Source of the DNA: Vulcanimicrobiales bacterium
GTDB lineage: Bacteria; Vulcanimicrobiota; Vulcanimicrobiia; Vulcanimicrobiales; Vulcanimicrobiaceae
Assembly (NCBI GenBank): GCA_038231455.1
Contig: JBBRLI010000011.1
Coordinates: 1 to 64,000, forward strand
DNA length: 64,000 nt
Direction: 5' to 3'
Part shown: positions 1 through 9,268 of the stretch, in pieces
Position numbering within the stretch: the stretch's first letter is position 1
Layout: each line of letters starts with the position of its first letter
Program-made: the position numbers and the translations under genes
The notes under the pieces: model-generated
The model's database searches: none
Told to the model about the DNA's origin: nothing
Seen by the model: the letters and a program-made list of their open reading frames with translations, nothing else

Positions 1-628
1 AAACGGATTCGACTCGCCACGAGCGGCGTTGCAAGAACAGATCCGATGATAAACATTGCGACCGTTTCGGGTTCAACGGCATTCAACAATGCCGCCTGAG
101 GCACGGGATTCGGATGAATCATCGCGCCGAGATACGCAAAGACACTCGCAAACGTCTCGGAACGGAAGAACAACCAGCCGAACATGACAACTCCCAGCAC
201 ATAGACGTTTCGCACGATCGGAATCGACGTGATGCGAACACGCGGTCGACCGAAACGCCGAGCGGCAGATAAACGCGAGCAAACGGTGAGGCCGGATCGA
301 ACGGCAAACCGCCGAGCGCACGGACGTTCTCGATCAAGAAGTTCACGTACTTAAACCAAACGAGAAACCCCAGGTCGACGGCAACCGCGGCGACGAGTAT
401 TGCGAAGCGCCTCCGATCCGTGAACCTCGCGATCGCAAGACCGAATCCGTAATTCACGAAAGCGAGGGCCGCGAGAACCGCGACAAATATCCCCTCGCCC
501 CACGCGTAAAAAAGCAAACTCGCGATAATAAGCGTAACGTTTTTAAATCGCGCGCCTCGAAAAGACAAGTATACCGCGAGCGTCAGCGGCAAGAATGCGA
601 AAAGAAAGATTTCGCTCGTAAACGACAT
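1..628 (-). pseudogene. AlgI/DltB-like MBOAT O-acyltransferase with internal deletion and frameshift (runs off left edge)
   Basis: N-terminus MSFTSEIFLFAFLP..SLLFYAWGE..FKYVNF..LPLGVS is AlgI-like. Right after LPLGVS (~nt 250) another frame reads RNVYVLGVVMFGWLFFRSETFASVFAYLGAM, the AlgI C-terminal segment. The central catalytic region is absent. Confidence 0.8.
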
Positions 629-699
629 TGGAGAAAAAAAGGCTTAGCGCGTTCTCGCGACATCCCCTTGCCGCACGCGGCGTTCTTGGCGACGGTACA

Positions 700-3399
700 T
701 CAGTTCGATTCCGCAACTCCGGATATGGCGGCTTGAGCGGCAGCCAGACGCGCGATCGGGACCCGGAATGGTGAACAGGAAACGTAATCGAGGCCGATCT
801 CGTGGCAAAATCCGACGGATTGCGGCTCGCCTCCATGCTCGCCGCAGATGCCGATTTTGAGACCCGGACGGCTGCTGCGGCCTTTGGCGACGGCCTCTTT
901 CATCAGCGAACCGACGCCGACACGATCCAAGACCTGAAACGGGTCGTCTTTGAGGATCTTGAGGTCGAGGTAACGTGGAATGAACGAGGCCTCCGCGTCG
1001 TCTCGACTGTACCCGTACGTCGTCTGAGTGAGGTCGTTCGTTCCGAAACTAAAGAACTGCGCGCACTCGGCGATTTCGCCCGCGACGACGCACGCCCGCG
1101 GCAATTCGATCATCGTGCCGATCCGATAGTCGACGCGTACGTTCTTCTCCGCGATCACCGCGTCGGCGATCGCCTTCACCGCCTCGAATGTCACGCGCAT
1201 TTCTTCGCGCGTCCCTACGCCGGGAATCATCACATCGGGCATCGCGTCGATGCCCTCGCCGCGCAATTCACACGCGGCCTCGAAGATCGCCCGTACCTGC
1301 ATCGCGTAGATTTCGGGATAAACGATCCCCAGACGACACACGCGCAGGCCCAGCATCGGGTTTTGTTCGTGAAGTTGTCGTACTCGCTTGAGGATGACGG
1401 CTTTGCTGCGATACGCCTCCGACTCTTCGCCTTGCAGCAAACGTAACTCGGTTGTTTCGACCAGCAGCGTTTCGAAGTCGGGCAAGAATTCGTGGAGCGG
1501 CGGGTCGAGCAGCCGGATCGTCACCGGATAACCCGACATCGCGGAGAGAATCCCGCGAAAATCTTTGCGCTGGAAAGGTAGGAGCTGCGCGAGCGCGGTG
1601 GCGCGTGCATCCGGCGTATCGGCGAGAATCATCTGTTGCACGATCGGCAGACGATCGGTCTGCATGAACATGTGCTCCGTGCGACACAGACCGATCCCCG
1701 TCGCGCCCAAATCCCGCGCCCGCTTTGCATCCTCGGGCGTGTCGGCATTCGCCCACACTTCCATGCGCCGCAAGCTGTCGGTCCATGAGAGAAATTCGGC
1801 GAGCCACGGCGGTGGTTCGGACGGCGGCGCAATAAGCGTGAGTTCGCCCAGCATGACGTTCCCGGTGCTGCCGTCGATCGTGATCGGATCTCCTTCGGCA
1901 AGATGCGCATCGCCCAGACGCGCAGTTCGCGCACGCATATCGATCTGGAGTGTCTCGCAGCCGGAGACACACGGCTTGCCCATGCCGCGTGCGACGACCG
2001 CCGCGTGCGATGTCGCGCCGCCTTTGCTCGTGAGCACGCCGCGCGCGGCGATCATGCCATGCACGTCATCGGGCGTTGTTTCGTTGCGCGCAAGCACGAC
2101 GGCGCGCCCCTCACTTGCCCACTTCACGGCTTTATCGGGATCGAAGACGATCGCTCCGGCGGCAGCGCCCGGCGATGCGTTGAGACCTTTGGCAGCGATC
2201 GCAAAGGACGCTTTGGGATCGATACGCGCGTGGAAGAGTTGGTCGAGCGAACCGGCATCGACGCGCCGCACGGCTTCGGCCTTATCGATCAACCCTTCGC
2301 GCACGAAATCGAGCGCGATGCGCACGGCGGCCTCAGCGGATCGCTTGCCGCTGCGCGTTTGCAGCATGTACAACTTCCCGCGCTCGACCGTGAATTCGAG
2401 ATCCTGCATATCTTTATAGTGCGTCTCGAGCTGCTCTGCAATCGCCACGAATTGCGCGTACACCTCGGGCTGTGATGATTGCAGATCGCCGATCGGCTCC
2501 GGAGTACGAATGCCCGCGACGACGTCTTCACCTTGCGCGTTGCGCAGATACTCGCCGAAGAGAACGCGCTCGCCGGTATTCGGATCGCGCGTGAAGGCAA
2601 CGCCGGTGCCCGAATCGTCGCCCATATTTCCAAAGACCATCGAGACGACGGAGACCGCGGTACCCCAATCGTCCGACATCTTGTTAAAGCGGCGGTAGTC
2701 GGTCGCGCGTTTGGAATGCCACGAATCAAAGACCGCCTTGATCGCAAGATCGAGTTGCTCTTCGACGTTTTGCGGAAACGGCCGGTGCGCGTGTTCGCGT
2801 ACGATCGTCTTGAATTCTTCAACGACGACGCGCCATACATCCGCGCCAATCTGCGGATCGTTCTTCGCACCGGCTTTGGTCTTCGCCGCATCGACGACGC
2901 GATCGAAATGCTCTTTGTCGATATCCAGAACGACACTCGAAAACATCGCGATGAAACGCCGGTAGGCATCCCAAGCGAAGCGCTCGTTGTTCGTCAGCGT
3001 CGCAAGTGCGGCGACGGTTTCATCGTTGAGTCCGAGGTTCAGAATCGTATCCATCATGCCGGGCATCGACACGCGCGCGCCCGAGCGCACGGAGACGAGC
3101 AGCGGGTTGTTTCCCAGGCCAAAGCGCTTGCCCGTGCGCGATTCCAGCTCACGCATTGCGGCGCGCACGTCAGCGTCAAGGCCTTCGGGGAACTGGCGGC
3201 CCGCGGCGTAGTACGCAAGACACATCTCGGTTGTTACCGTGAAGCCGTCGGGTACGGGCAGACCAGCGCTCGTCATCTCGGCTAGCCCGGCGCCTTTGCC
3301 ACCCAGGAGATCCCGCATCGAGCCGGTGGCTTGATCGAAGAAATAGAGTCGCTTGTTTGCGGACGAGACCTCTGGTGTGGGGATCAAAAGCGAAGACAA
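700..3399 (-). CDS. ppdK: pyruvate, phosphate dikinase
   Basis: LLGGKGAGLAEM, SVRSGARVSMPGMMDTILNLG, GGATSHAAVVARG (phospho-His), FSFGTNDLTQ, GICGEHGG. Start placed at TTG 3399, 6 nt after AAGGAG. Confidence 0.97.
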   Translation of the reverse strand: MSSLLIPTPEVSSANKRLYFFDQATGSMRDLLGGKGAGLAEMTSAGLPVPDGFTVTTEMCLAYYAAGRQFPEGLDADVRAAMRELESRTGKRFGLGNNPLLVSVRSGARVSMPGMMDTILNLGLNDETVAALATLTNNERFAWDAYRRFIAMFSSVVLDIDKEHFDRVVDAAKTKAGAKNDPQIGADVWRVVVEEFKTIVREHAHRPFPQNVEEQLDLAIKAVFDSWHSKRATDYRRFNKMSDDWGTAVSVVSMVFGNMGDDSGTGVAFTRDPNTGERVLFGEYLRNAQGEDVVAGIRTPEPIGDLQSSQPEVYAQFVAIAEQLETHYKDMQDLEFTVERGKLYMLQTRSGKRSAEAAVRIALDFVREGLIDKAEAVRRVDAGSLDQLFHARIDPKASFAIAAKGLNASPGAAAGAIVFDPDKAVKWASEGRAVVLARNETTPDDVHGMIAARGVLTSKGGATSHAAVVARGMGKPCVSGCETLQIDMRARTARLGDAHLAEGDPITIDGSTGNVMLGELTLIAPPSEPPPWLAEFLSWTDSLRRMEVWANADTPEDAKRARDLGATGIGLCRTEHMFMQTDRLPIVQQMILADTPDARATALAQLLPFQRKDFRGILSAMSGYPVTIRLLDPPLHEFLPDFETLLVETTELRLLQGEESEAYRSKAVILKRVRQLHEQNPMLGLRVCRLGIVYPEIYAMQVRAIFEAACELRGEGIDAMPDVMIPGVGTREEMRVTFEAVKAIADAVIAEKNVRVDYRIGTMIELPRACVVAGEIAECAQFFSFGTNDLTQTTYGYSRDDAEASFIPRYLDLKILKDDPFQVLDRVGVGSLMKEAVAKGRSSRPGLKIGICGEHGGEPQSVGFCHEIGLDYVSCSPFRVPIARLAAAQAAISGVAESN

Positions 3400-3533
3400 T
3401 CGAGGCTCCTTTAGACGTGGGCGCACACGTAGGTGGCAATCCCTTGCCGTGGAGAGACTCCTACCCTTGGAAAAAAGTTTTCACGCCGTTCGGTTGTGGT
3501 TCGAGCCCCCCTTTTTTTGGGTATGTATCCTCC

Positions 3534-3998
3534 ATGGCAATCGACCCGATCTCGGCGATCAGCACCACGGAGACCAACGCGGTCGTCCCGGTCTACAATC
3601 CGCTGGCCGCCTATGCCGCAAGCAAGGCATACGCCGCAGCACAAGCCGCAGCTGCCCCGCCAGCGTTTGCGGCCGCATTGTCGACCGTTGCAGCAGATGC
3701 CAGCCCGCTGACTGCTGCCCCAGCTGCCGTGTCGGCCGATCAGACACGATCCTTTGCTCCCGGGCCGTCGATCGGCGATAGCGCTGGCTCGACGGTGCCA
3801 CAGGCGTCGGATTACAACGCGCAGGCCGCGCTTGGGCTTGCCTTTGCCTCACCCGCGGTGGTGACGTCGCTGGCTCCTGGCGCCGCAGCCCTCGCTGCGG
3901 TTGCTTCGCTTCCGGCAGTTGGCCCAGTCGAATATCTTGCTCCGATCGCACGTGGATCGATTATCGCTGACCCGCGGTTTGTCGACGTTTATCGGTAG
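3534..3998 (+). CDS. hypothetical Ala/Pro-rich protein
   Basis: ATG at 3534 (MAIDPISAIST...) fills the gap between ppdK and argB; no family recognised. Confidence 0.6.
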   Translation: MAIDPISAISTTETNAVVPVYNPLAAYAASKAYAAAQAAAAPPAFAAALSTVAADASPLTAAPAAVSADQTRSFAPGPSIGDSAGSTVPQASDYNAQAALGLAFASPAVVTSLAPGAAALAAVASLPAVGPVEYLAPIARGSIIADPRFVDVYR

Positions 3999-4019
3999 GT
4001 AGCCGCGCCTGGGTGGCGT

Positions 4020-4133
4020 GCCGGTTTTACAGGCGCTTTCGCTCCGCTGCGCGCCCCCCACGCTTCGCGTGGGACCCCCGGGACATGGCGCACTTCGACC
4101 TGATTGGTGGAGCGCGATTCCCCGCGGGCGCGC
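4020..4133. repeat. ~115-bp dispersed hairpin repeat, copy 1
   Basis: Aligns by eye with the reverse complement of 6470-6585; central hairpin CCCACGC-TTC-GCGTGGG. Confidence 0.8.
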
Positions 4134-4150
4134 CTTGCGTCGGGGTCGTT

Positions 4151-4957
4151 TTAGTAATCGGTGGCTGCGCGGATGATTTCTGTGCCGTGGCCGTTTCGGG
4201 CGTCGCCTATTGCGCCGGGGTGAGCGCCGGTTATGATTGCGCGCCTTGCGCCGCGTCGCAGCGCGTCGAGTGCTCCGATCATTTTTGGTCGCATGCCCTC
4301 GGCGAACGTGCCGTCGGCGATCAAGCGTTCTGCATCCCCGATGGTCAGTCGATCGATTGCGCTCGAGGGGTCTTGTCGGTCGCGGAGTACGCGGGCGACG
4401 TTCGTAATGACAATGTAGGCTTCGGCTTGGAGAGCGCCGGCGATTGCGCCGGCGGCGTTGTCCGCGTTGACGTTGAGGGCTGATGTGCCGTTGGTGTCAA
4501 GGGCCAGTGGAGCGACCACCGGCAGCATTCCCGCTGCCAGGATCGCCTCGATGAGCGCCGTATCGACGGCGGGGATCTCGCCGACGAATCCGAGTGACTG
4601 CCCCTCGGCACGCGCGTACGGTGCGCGGAGCATGCCGCCATCCTGGCCGCTGACTCCGGCTGCGCGGACGCCGCGCTGGCTTAGGGCCCGGACCAAGGCC
4701 TTGTTGACCGTGGCGCAGAGGATGCGCTCGACGACCTCGAGCGAGGCCGCGTCTGTTACCCGGAGTCCGGCGATCCGGGTCTGACCGAGGCCGCGCGTGC
4801 GAAGCTCCGCATCGATCATGGGGCCGCCGCCGTGAACGAGTACGACGGGAACGCCGGCCTTGTAGAGGCTAGCAAGTTCGTCTAGCGTGGGATCCGGCGC
4901 GCCCAAAACCATGGCATTACCGCCGTACTTTACGACCAACGGCCTACATTGTTGCAT
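4151..4957 (-). CDS. argB: acetylglutamate kinase
   Basis: VVKYGGNAM, VHGGGP, GLRVTD, LNVNADNAAGAIA, GMRPK; start uncertain. Confidence 0.93.
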   Translation of the reverse strand: MQQCRPLVVKYGGNAMVLGAPDPTLDELASLYKAGVPVVLVHGGGPMIDAELRTRGLGQTRIAGLRVTDAASLEVVERILCATVNKALVRALSQRGVRAAGVSGQDGGMLRAPYARAEGQSLGFVGEIPAVDTALIEAILAAGMLPVVAPLALDTNGTSALNVNADNAAGAIAGALQAEAYIVITNVARVLRDRQDPSSAIDRLTIGDAERLIADGTFAEGMRPKMIGALDALRRGARRAIITGAHPGAIGDARNGHGTEIIRAATDY

Positions 4958-4988
4958 AATTATTCATTTCTATGTATAAATATACGAC
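4951..4988. promoter_or_regulatory. tandem ARG boxes (ArgR operator) in the argB/argF divergent region
   Basis: GTTGCATAATTATTCATT (4951-4968) and TATGTATAAATATACGAC (4971-4988), 2 bp apart, match the TGAAT-W4-ATTCA consensus. AT-rich patch in GC-rich DNA; argR lies in the same cluster. Confidence 0.85.
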
Positions 4989-4998
4989 CATGCTCGCT

Positions 4999-5970
4999 AT
5001 GACGCCCGCCGGTCGGCTTCGGGGCCGCAACGTCCTAACCGTCCTCGACCTCTCGCCCGACGAGATCCTCAGCCTTCTTGCGATCGCAACCGACCTCAAA
5101 GCGCGTGGCACGAACGAGCAGTTGCAGCTTCTCAAAGGCCGCACCCTTGGGATGCTCTTCGAAAAGCCGAGTTTGCGTACGCGCGTTTCGTTCGAAGTCG
5201 GGATGACGCAGCTCGGCGGTCATGCGATGATCGCGCACGGGTCCGATTTTTTCATGGGTACGCGCGAGACGCCCGAAGATACGGCGCGCACGCTCTCCCG
5301 CTACGTCGATGCAATCGTCGTCCGTACGCACGCACACGAACCGCTCGTGCGTTTCGCACATGCGGCGACCGTTCCCACAATCAACGGACTCTCCGCCGCC
5401 GAACATCCGTGTCAGGCACTCGCGGATCTCCTCACAATCAAGGAGCGCTTCGGCACGCTTGCCGGACTGCGACTTGCCTTCGTCGGCGATGCGCGCAATA
5501 ACGTCGCGATCTCACTTGCGGAGGCGGCCGTCATGTGCGGAATATCCGTTACGTTTGCCGCGCCGATTTCACACCGTCCGCCCGAATCGTTTCTCGCCCG
5601 CCTTGCAGAACTTGGAAAGCCGCACGGTGCAACGGCGCGCGCCTTTACGAGCCCCGGCCGCGCGGTGCGCGACGTCGACATCGTCTATACGGATGTGTGG
5701 ACCTCGATGGGCGAAGAGTCGATGGTCGAACGCAATGCCGCTGCGCTTTTTCCGTATCGCATCGATACGAAGCTGATGGCGGGCGCGGCGAAGCACGCGC
5801 TCTTCATGCACTGTCTGCCCGCGCATCGCGGGGAAGAAGTGACGGCCGATGTGATCGACGGTCCGCAAAGCATCGTGTTCGATCAGGCAGAGAATCGACT
5901 GCACGCACAAAAAGCACTCTTACTCGCACTCTTGACGGACATCCGCGGTTTCGGAGAAGATCAATCGTGA
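4999..5970 (+). CDS. argF: ornithine carbamoyltransferase
   Basis: FEKPSLRTRVSFE, HPCQALAD, DVWTSMG, HCLPAHRGEEV, DQAENRLH; start could be 4990 or 4999. Confidence 0.95.
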   Translation: MTPAGRLRGRNVLTVLDLSPDEILSLLAIATDLKARGTNEQLQLLKGRTLGMLFEKPSLRTRVSFEVGMTQLGGHAMIAHGSDFFMGTRETPEDTARTLSRYVDAIVVRTHAHEPLVRFAHAATVPTINGLSAAEHPCQALADLLTIKERFGTLAGLRLAFVGDARNNVAISLAEAAVMCGISVTFAAPISHRPPESFLARLAELGKPHGATARAFTSPGRAVRDVDIVYTDVWTSMGEESMVERNAAALFPYRIDTKLMAGAAKHALFMHCLPAHRGEEVTADVIDGPQSIVFDQAENRLHAQKALLLALLTDIRGFGEDQS

Positions 5971-6455
5971 ACAGCACCGCCCTCATCCCCAAAACCAAAC
6001 GCCAGCGCGCGATTCTCTCGCTCATCGCGGCGCGCCCCGTGCGCTCGCAAGAAGAACTCGGCTTTCTCCTCGAGGGGCAAGGCTACGAGGTCACGCAAGC
6101 CACGATCTCGCGCGACATCAAAGAGCTGGGACTCATGAAAGTCCCGCTCAAAGGCGTGAACGGCGCCGGGCAGTTCAAGTATGTCGAACCGAACGTGGGG
6201 CCCGTCTTCTCCAGCCGCCTCCACCGCATCGTCGCCGAACTGGTCGGCTCGGTGCGCGGCAGCGTCAACCAAATCGTGTTGCGTACGCCGCCGGGGAGTG
6301 CGATGATGCTTGCATCGGCAATCGACAGCGCGGGCTGGAGCGAAGTCCTCGGCACGCTAGGCGGCGACGATACGGTCCTCGTGATCGTCGAAAAACCAGA
6401 GCAACTCGGCATGGTGATGCAGCGCTTCGAGGACATGCGCGCGGATCAAGAATGA
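5967..6455 (+). CDS. argR: arginine repressor
   Basis: SQEEL..VTQATISRDIKELG winged HTH and GTLGGDDTVLV C-terminal motif; GTGA overlap with the argF stop. Confidence 0.95.
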   Translation: MNSTALIPKTKRQRAILSLIAARPVRSQEELGFLLEGQGYEVTQATISRDIKELGLMKVPLKGVNGAGQFKYVEPNVGPVFSSRLHRIVAELVGSVRGSVNQIVLRTPPGSAMMLASAIDSAGWSEVLGTLGGDDTVLVIVEKPEQLGMVMQRFEDMRADQE

Positions 6456-6469
6456 CAACACATCGCGCC

Positions 6470-6585
6470 GCGCGCCCTCGGGGAATCGAACAAACTACGA
6501 CCATCGTGAGCGCGCATGAGGCCTGGGGGCCCCACGCATCGCGTGGGGGGCGCGGAGCCAGGGGCGCAGCGCCTTTTCAACCGGC
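6470..6585. repeat. ~115-bp dispersed hairpin repeat, copy 2 (inverted relative to copy 1)
   Basis: Central hairpin CCCCACGC-ATC-GCGTGGGG; ends match copy 1 in reverse complement. Confidence 0.8.
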
Positions 6586-6599
6586 TGGAGACAATCGAA

Positions 6600-7853
6600 A
6601 TGACTAGCAAGAAGCAAAAAATCGTCCTTGCATACTCGGGTGGGCTCGATACATCGGTTCTGCTGAAGCAGTTCGCAATGGCCGGTCACGAAGTCGTTGC
6701 GCTTACGGCGAATCTTGGTGAATCCGACATGGTCGCCGGCGAGGGCTACCAGGCTGCGCTCGATGCAGTTCGTGAGAAAGCGCTCAAACTTGGCGCTGTC
6801 GATGCGATTCTCGTCGATGCACGCGATCGGTTCATTGAGAACTACGCGTTCAAGGCGCTCGCTGCGAACGCGCGTTACCAAGGTACGTATCCGTTGTCCG
6901 CCGCGCTCTCGCGGCCGCTGATTGCCGACTTGCTGGTTGAGGCCGCGCATCGCACCGGAGCGGATGCCGTCGCGCACGGCTGCACCGGCAAAGGCAACGA
7001 TCAAGTTCGGATCGAGGTCGGCGTTCGCGCGCGTGCGCCGCATCTGCGTACGCTTGCTCCGCTGCGCGACAATCCGCTCTCGCGTCCGGATGCGATCGCA
7101 TTCGCGCAAGCGAACGGCGTGCCGATCAGTCACACCGTTGCAAAACCCTATTCGGTCGATGCGAATCTTTGGGGACGTTCGATCGAAGCCGGGGTGCTCG
7201 AAGATCCGTGGAACGCGCCGCCCGAAGATGCGTTTGCCTGGACGGTCACACCGGATGCGGCGCCGGCGACGGGCGAAGAGATCGTCATCGCCTTCGATCG
7301 CGGAATTCCCACGATGAACGGGCTACGCGGCGCAGCGTTTCTTGCCGAACTCAACACGATTGCCGGACGCAATGGCGTAGGACGCATCGACATGATCGAA
7401 GATCGCGTCGTGGGCTTGAAGTCGCGCGAAGTGTACGAGTGTCCGGGATCGGTCACGCTTATCGAAGCTCACATCGCGCTCGAACGGCTCGTGCTCACGC
7501 GCGACGAACTGCGCGTCAAAGCCGGCCTCGACCAAAAATATACCGAACTCATCTACGATGGCTTGTGGTCCACACCGCTGCGCGGCGGCCTCGATGCATT
7601 CAACGAACATCTTGCACTCCGTATGACGGGTGAGGTGCGTGTGAAACTGCAACGCGGCCGTGCGATGGTGACGGGCTCGCGTTCGCCCTTCGCGCTCTAC
7701 GATGAGAAGCTCGCGACGTATGGAGCGGGCGATCAATTCGATCACGATGCGGCGACCGGCTTCATCGCGATCTGGGGCTTGCCAGTTGCGGCGGGCGCTG
7801 CAAAAGCAAACGAAGCACTCGATACGGCGGCGACGCCGCTCGTCCACTCGTGA
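6600..7853 (+). CDS. argG: argininosuccinate synthase
   Basis: VLAYSGGLDTS, HGCTGKGNDQVR, YSVDANLWGRSIEAG, KSREVYE; ATG 6600 after GGAG. Confidence 0.97.
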   Translation: MTSKKQKIVLAYSGGLDTSVLLKQFAMAGHEVVALTANLGESDMVAGEGYQAALDAVREKALKLGAVDAILVDARDRFIENYAFKALAANARYQGTYPLSAALSRPLIADLLVEAAHRTGADAVAHGCTGKGNDQVRIEVGVRARAPHLRTLAPLRDNPLSRPDAIAFAQANGVPISHTVAKPYSVDANLWGRSIEAGVLEDPWNAPPEDAFAWTVTPDAAPATGEEIVIAFDRGIPTMNGLRGAAFLAELNTIAGRNGVGRIDMIEDRVVGLKSREVYECPGSVTLIEAHIALERLVLTRDELRVKAGLDQKYTELIYDGLWSTPLRGGLDAFNEHLALRMTGEVRVKLQRGRAMVTGSRSPFALYDEKLATYGAGDQFDHDAATGFIAIWGLPVAAGAAKANEALDTAATPLVHS

Positions 7854-9268
7854 CCACAACCGATTTGCAATGGGGCGGGCGCTTCGCAAGCGCGCCCGAA
7901 CCCCAGCTGCTCGCTTTTGGCTCCTCACTTGGCGACGATCTCATTCTCGCGTCCTTTGACGTGCAGTGTTCGCACGGTCATGTCGTCGCTTTAGAACGCG
8001 GGGGCTTGATCCCGGCCTCCGATGCGGCCGCATTGCACGCCGCGCTCGATCGGGTGGCAAGCGAAATTGTTGAGGGCACGTTCACAACGTTTGCCCAAGG
8101 CGGCTCGTTCGAAGACGTCCACGGTGCAATCGACGCCCGCGTGCGCGAGCTTGTGCCCGCGCGTGCCGGCGAATCGCTTCATGCCGGACGGTCGCGCAAC
8201 GATCAAGTCGCAACGACGCTGCTGCTTTATGCGCGCGAACGTGCCGACCGCGGGGCGCGGCTGTCACTTGCGATCGCCGACGCATTCCTCGCGCGGGCAA
8301 GTAGCGCTCTCGAGCGCGGCTCGCTGCTCGCGGCGACGACGCACTGGCAGCCCGCGCAGCCGGTCCTCTTCGCATTTTGGCTTACCGCTGCCGCTCAGCC
8401 GTTCATCCGTGCATCGGGTCGCTTTGCGCGCGTCAAGCTCGATGCTTCGGCGTTTTGTCCGCTCGGCTCATCGGCGCTCGCCGGTTCCTCGCTACCGCTC
8501 GATCGCGAAGCAGCAGCCAGTTCTCTTGGCTTCCGAGCGCCCTCGCGCAATGCACTCGATAGCGTCGGCGACCGTGACGTCGCACTCGACTTGCTCACCG
8601 CCGTGACGCGCGCAACGGTCGCGGCTTCGCGACCGAGCGAAGAGTTTGTGATTTGGTCGACGCCGGCATTCGCATACGCGCAGCTCGATGACTCGGCCGC
8701 GACCGGGTCGAGTTTGATGCCGCAGAAAAAAAATCCGGATCCATTCGAACTCGTCCGTGCCGCAGGCGCTCGGCTCATCGGCGCGCTCGGCGGGGCACTT
8801 GCAACGACGAATGGGATCGGGCTTTCGTATCACCGCGATTTGCAAGAGACCAAGTCCCTCATCGTGCGCGGAACCGAACACGGACTCGCCGCGATCGATG
8901 CGTTCTCGCGCGCACTCACGCATCTTGCGTTCGATGAGAAGCGGATGACCGAACATGCCACGGTTGGATTCACCGTCGCAACCGACATCGCCGATGCGCT
9001 GATTGCGCGTGGTGCCACGGCCCGTCAGGCCCACCGCCTCGTCGGCTCCCAGGTGCTCGCAGCAGAGCAAGCAGGGCGCGACCTCGATGCATCCGATCTG
9101 ATCGCACTCGGCGAAACTGCCGGTATGGACGCTTTTACCGCACCTCTGGACGGCACAAGTTCGGTTACCGCAAAGCACACCGCCGGCTCGACGAGCCCAT
9201 CCGCCGTTCGCGATGCAATGGCGGCGTCGTCCGCCGACATCCGCTCGCTGCGCGAGGCCCTCGGATGA
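7850..9268 (+). CDS. argH: argininosuccinate lyase
   Basis: WGGRF, HAGRSRNDQVAT, GSSLMPQKKNPD, YHRDLQE. Confidence 0.95.
   Translation: MTTTDLQWGGRFASAPEPQLLAFGSSLGDDLILASFDVQCSHGHVVALERGGLIPASDAAALHAALDRVASEIVEGTFTTFAQGGSFEDVHGAIDARVRELVPARAGESLHAGRSRNDQVATTLLLYARERADRGARLSLAIADAFLARASSALERGSLLAATTHWQPAQPVLFAFWLTAAAQPFIRASGRFARVKLDASAFCPLGSSALAGSSLPLDREAAASSLGFRAPSRNALDSVGDRDVALDLLTAVTRATVAASRPSEEFVIWSTPAFAYAQLDDSAATGSSLMPQKKNPDPFELVRAAGARLIGALGGALATTNGIGLSYHRDLQETKSLIVRGTEHGLAAIDAFSRALTHLAFDEKRMTEHATVGFTVATDIADALIARGATARQAHRLVGSQVLAAEQAGRDLDASDLIALGETAGMDAFTAPLDGTSSVTAKHTAGSTSPSAVRDAMAASSADIRSLREALG

Noticed and set aside
5155-5200. argF SLRT variant suggesting an acetyl- or succinylornithine transcarbamylase
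   Set aside because: SMG loop and HCLPA are canonical OTCase features, and ArgJ supplies ornithine.
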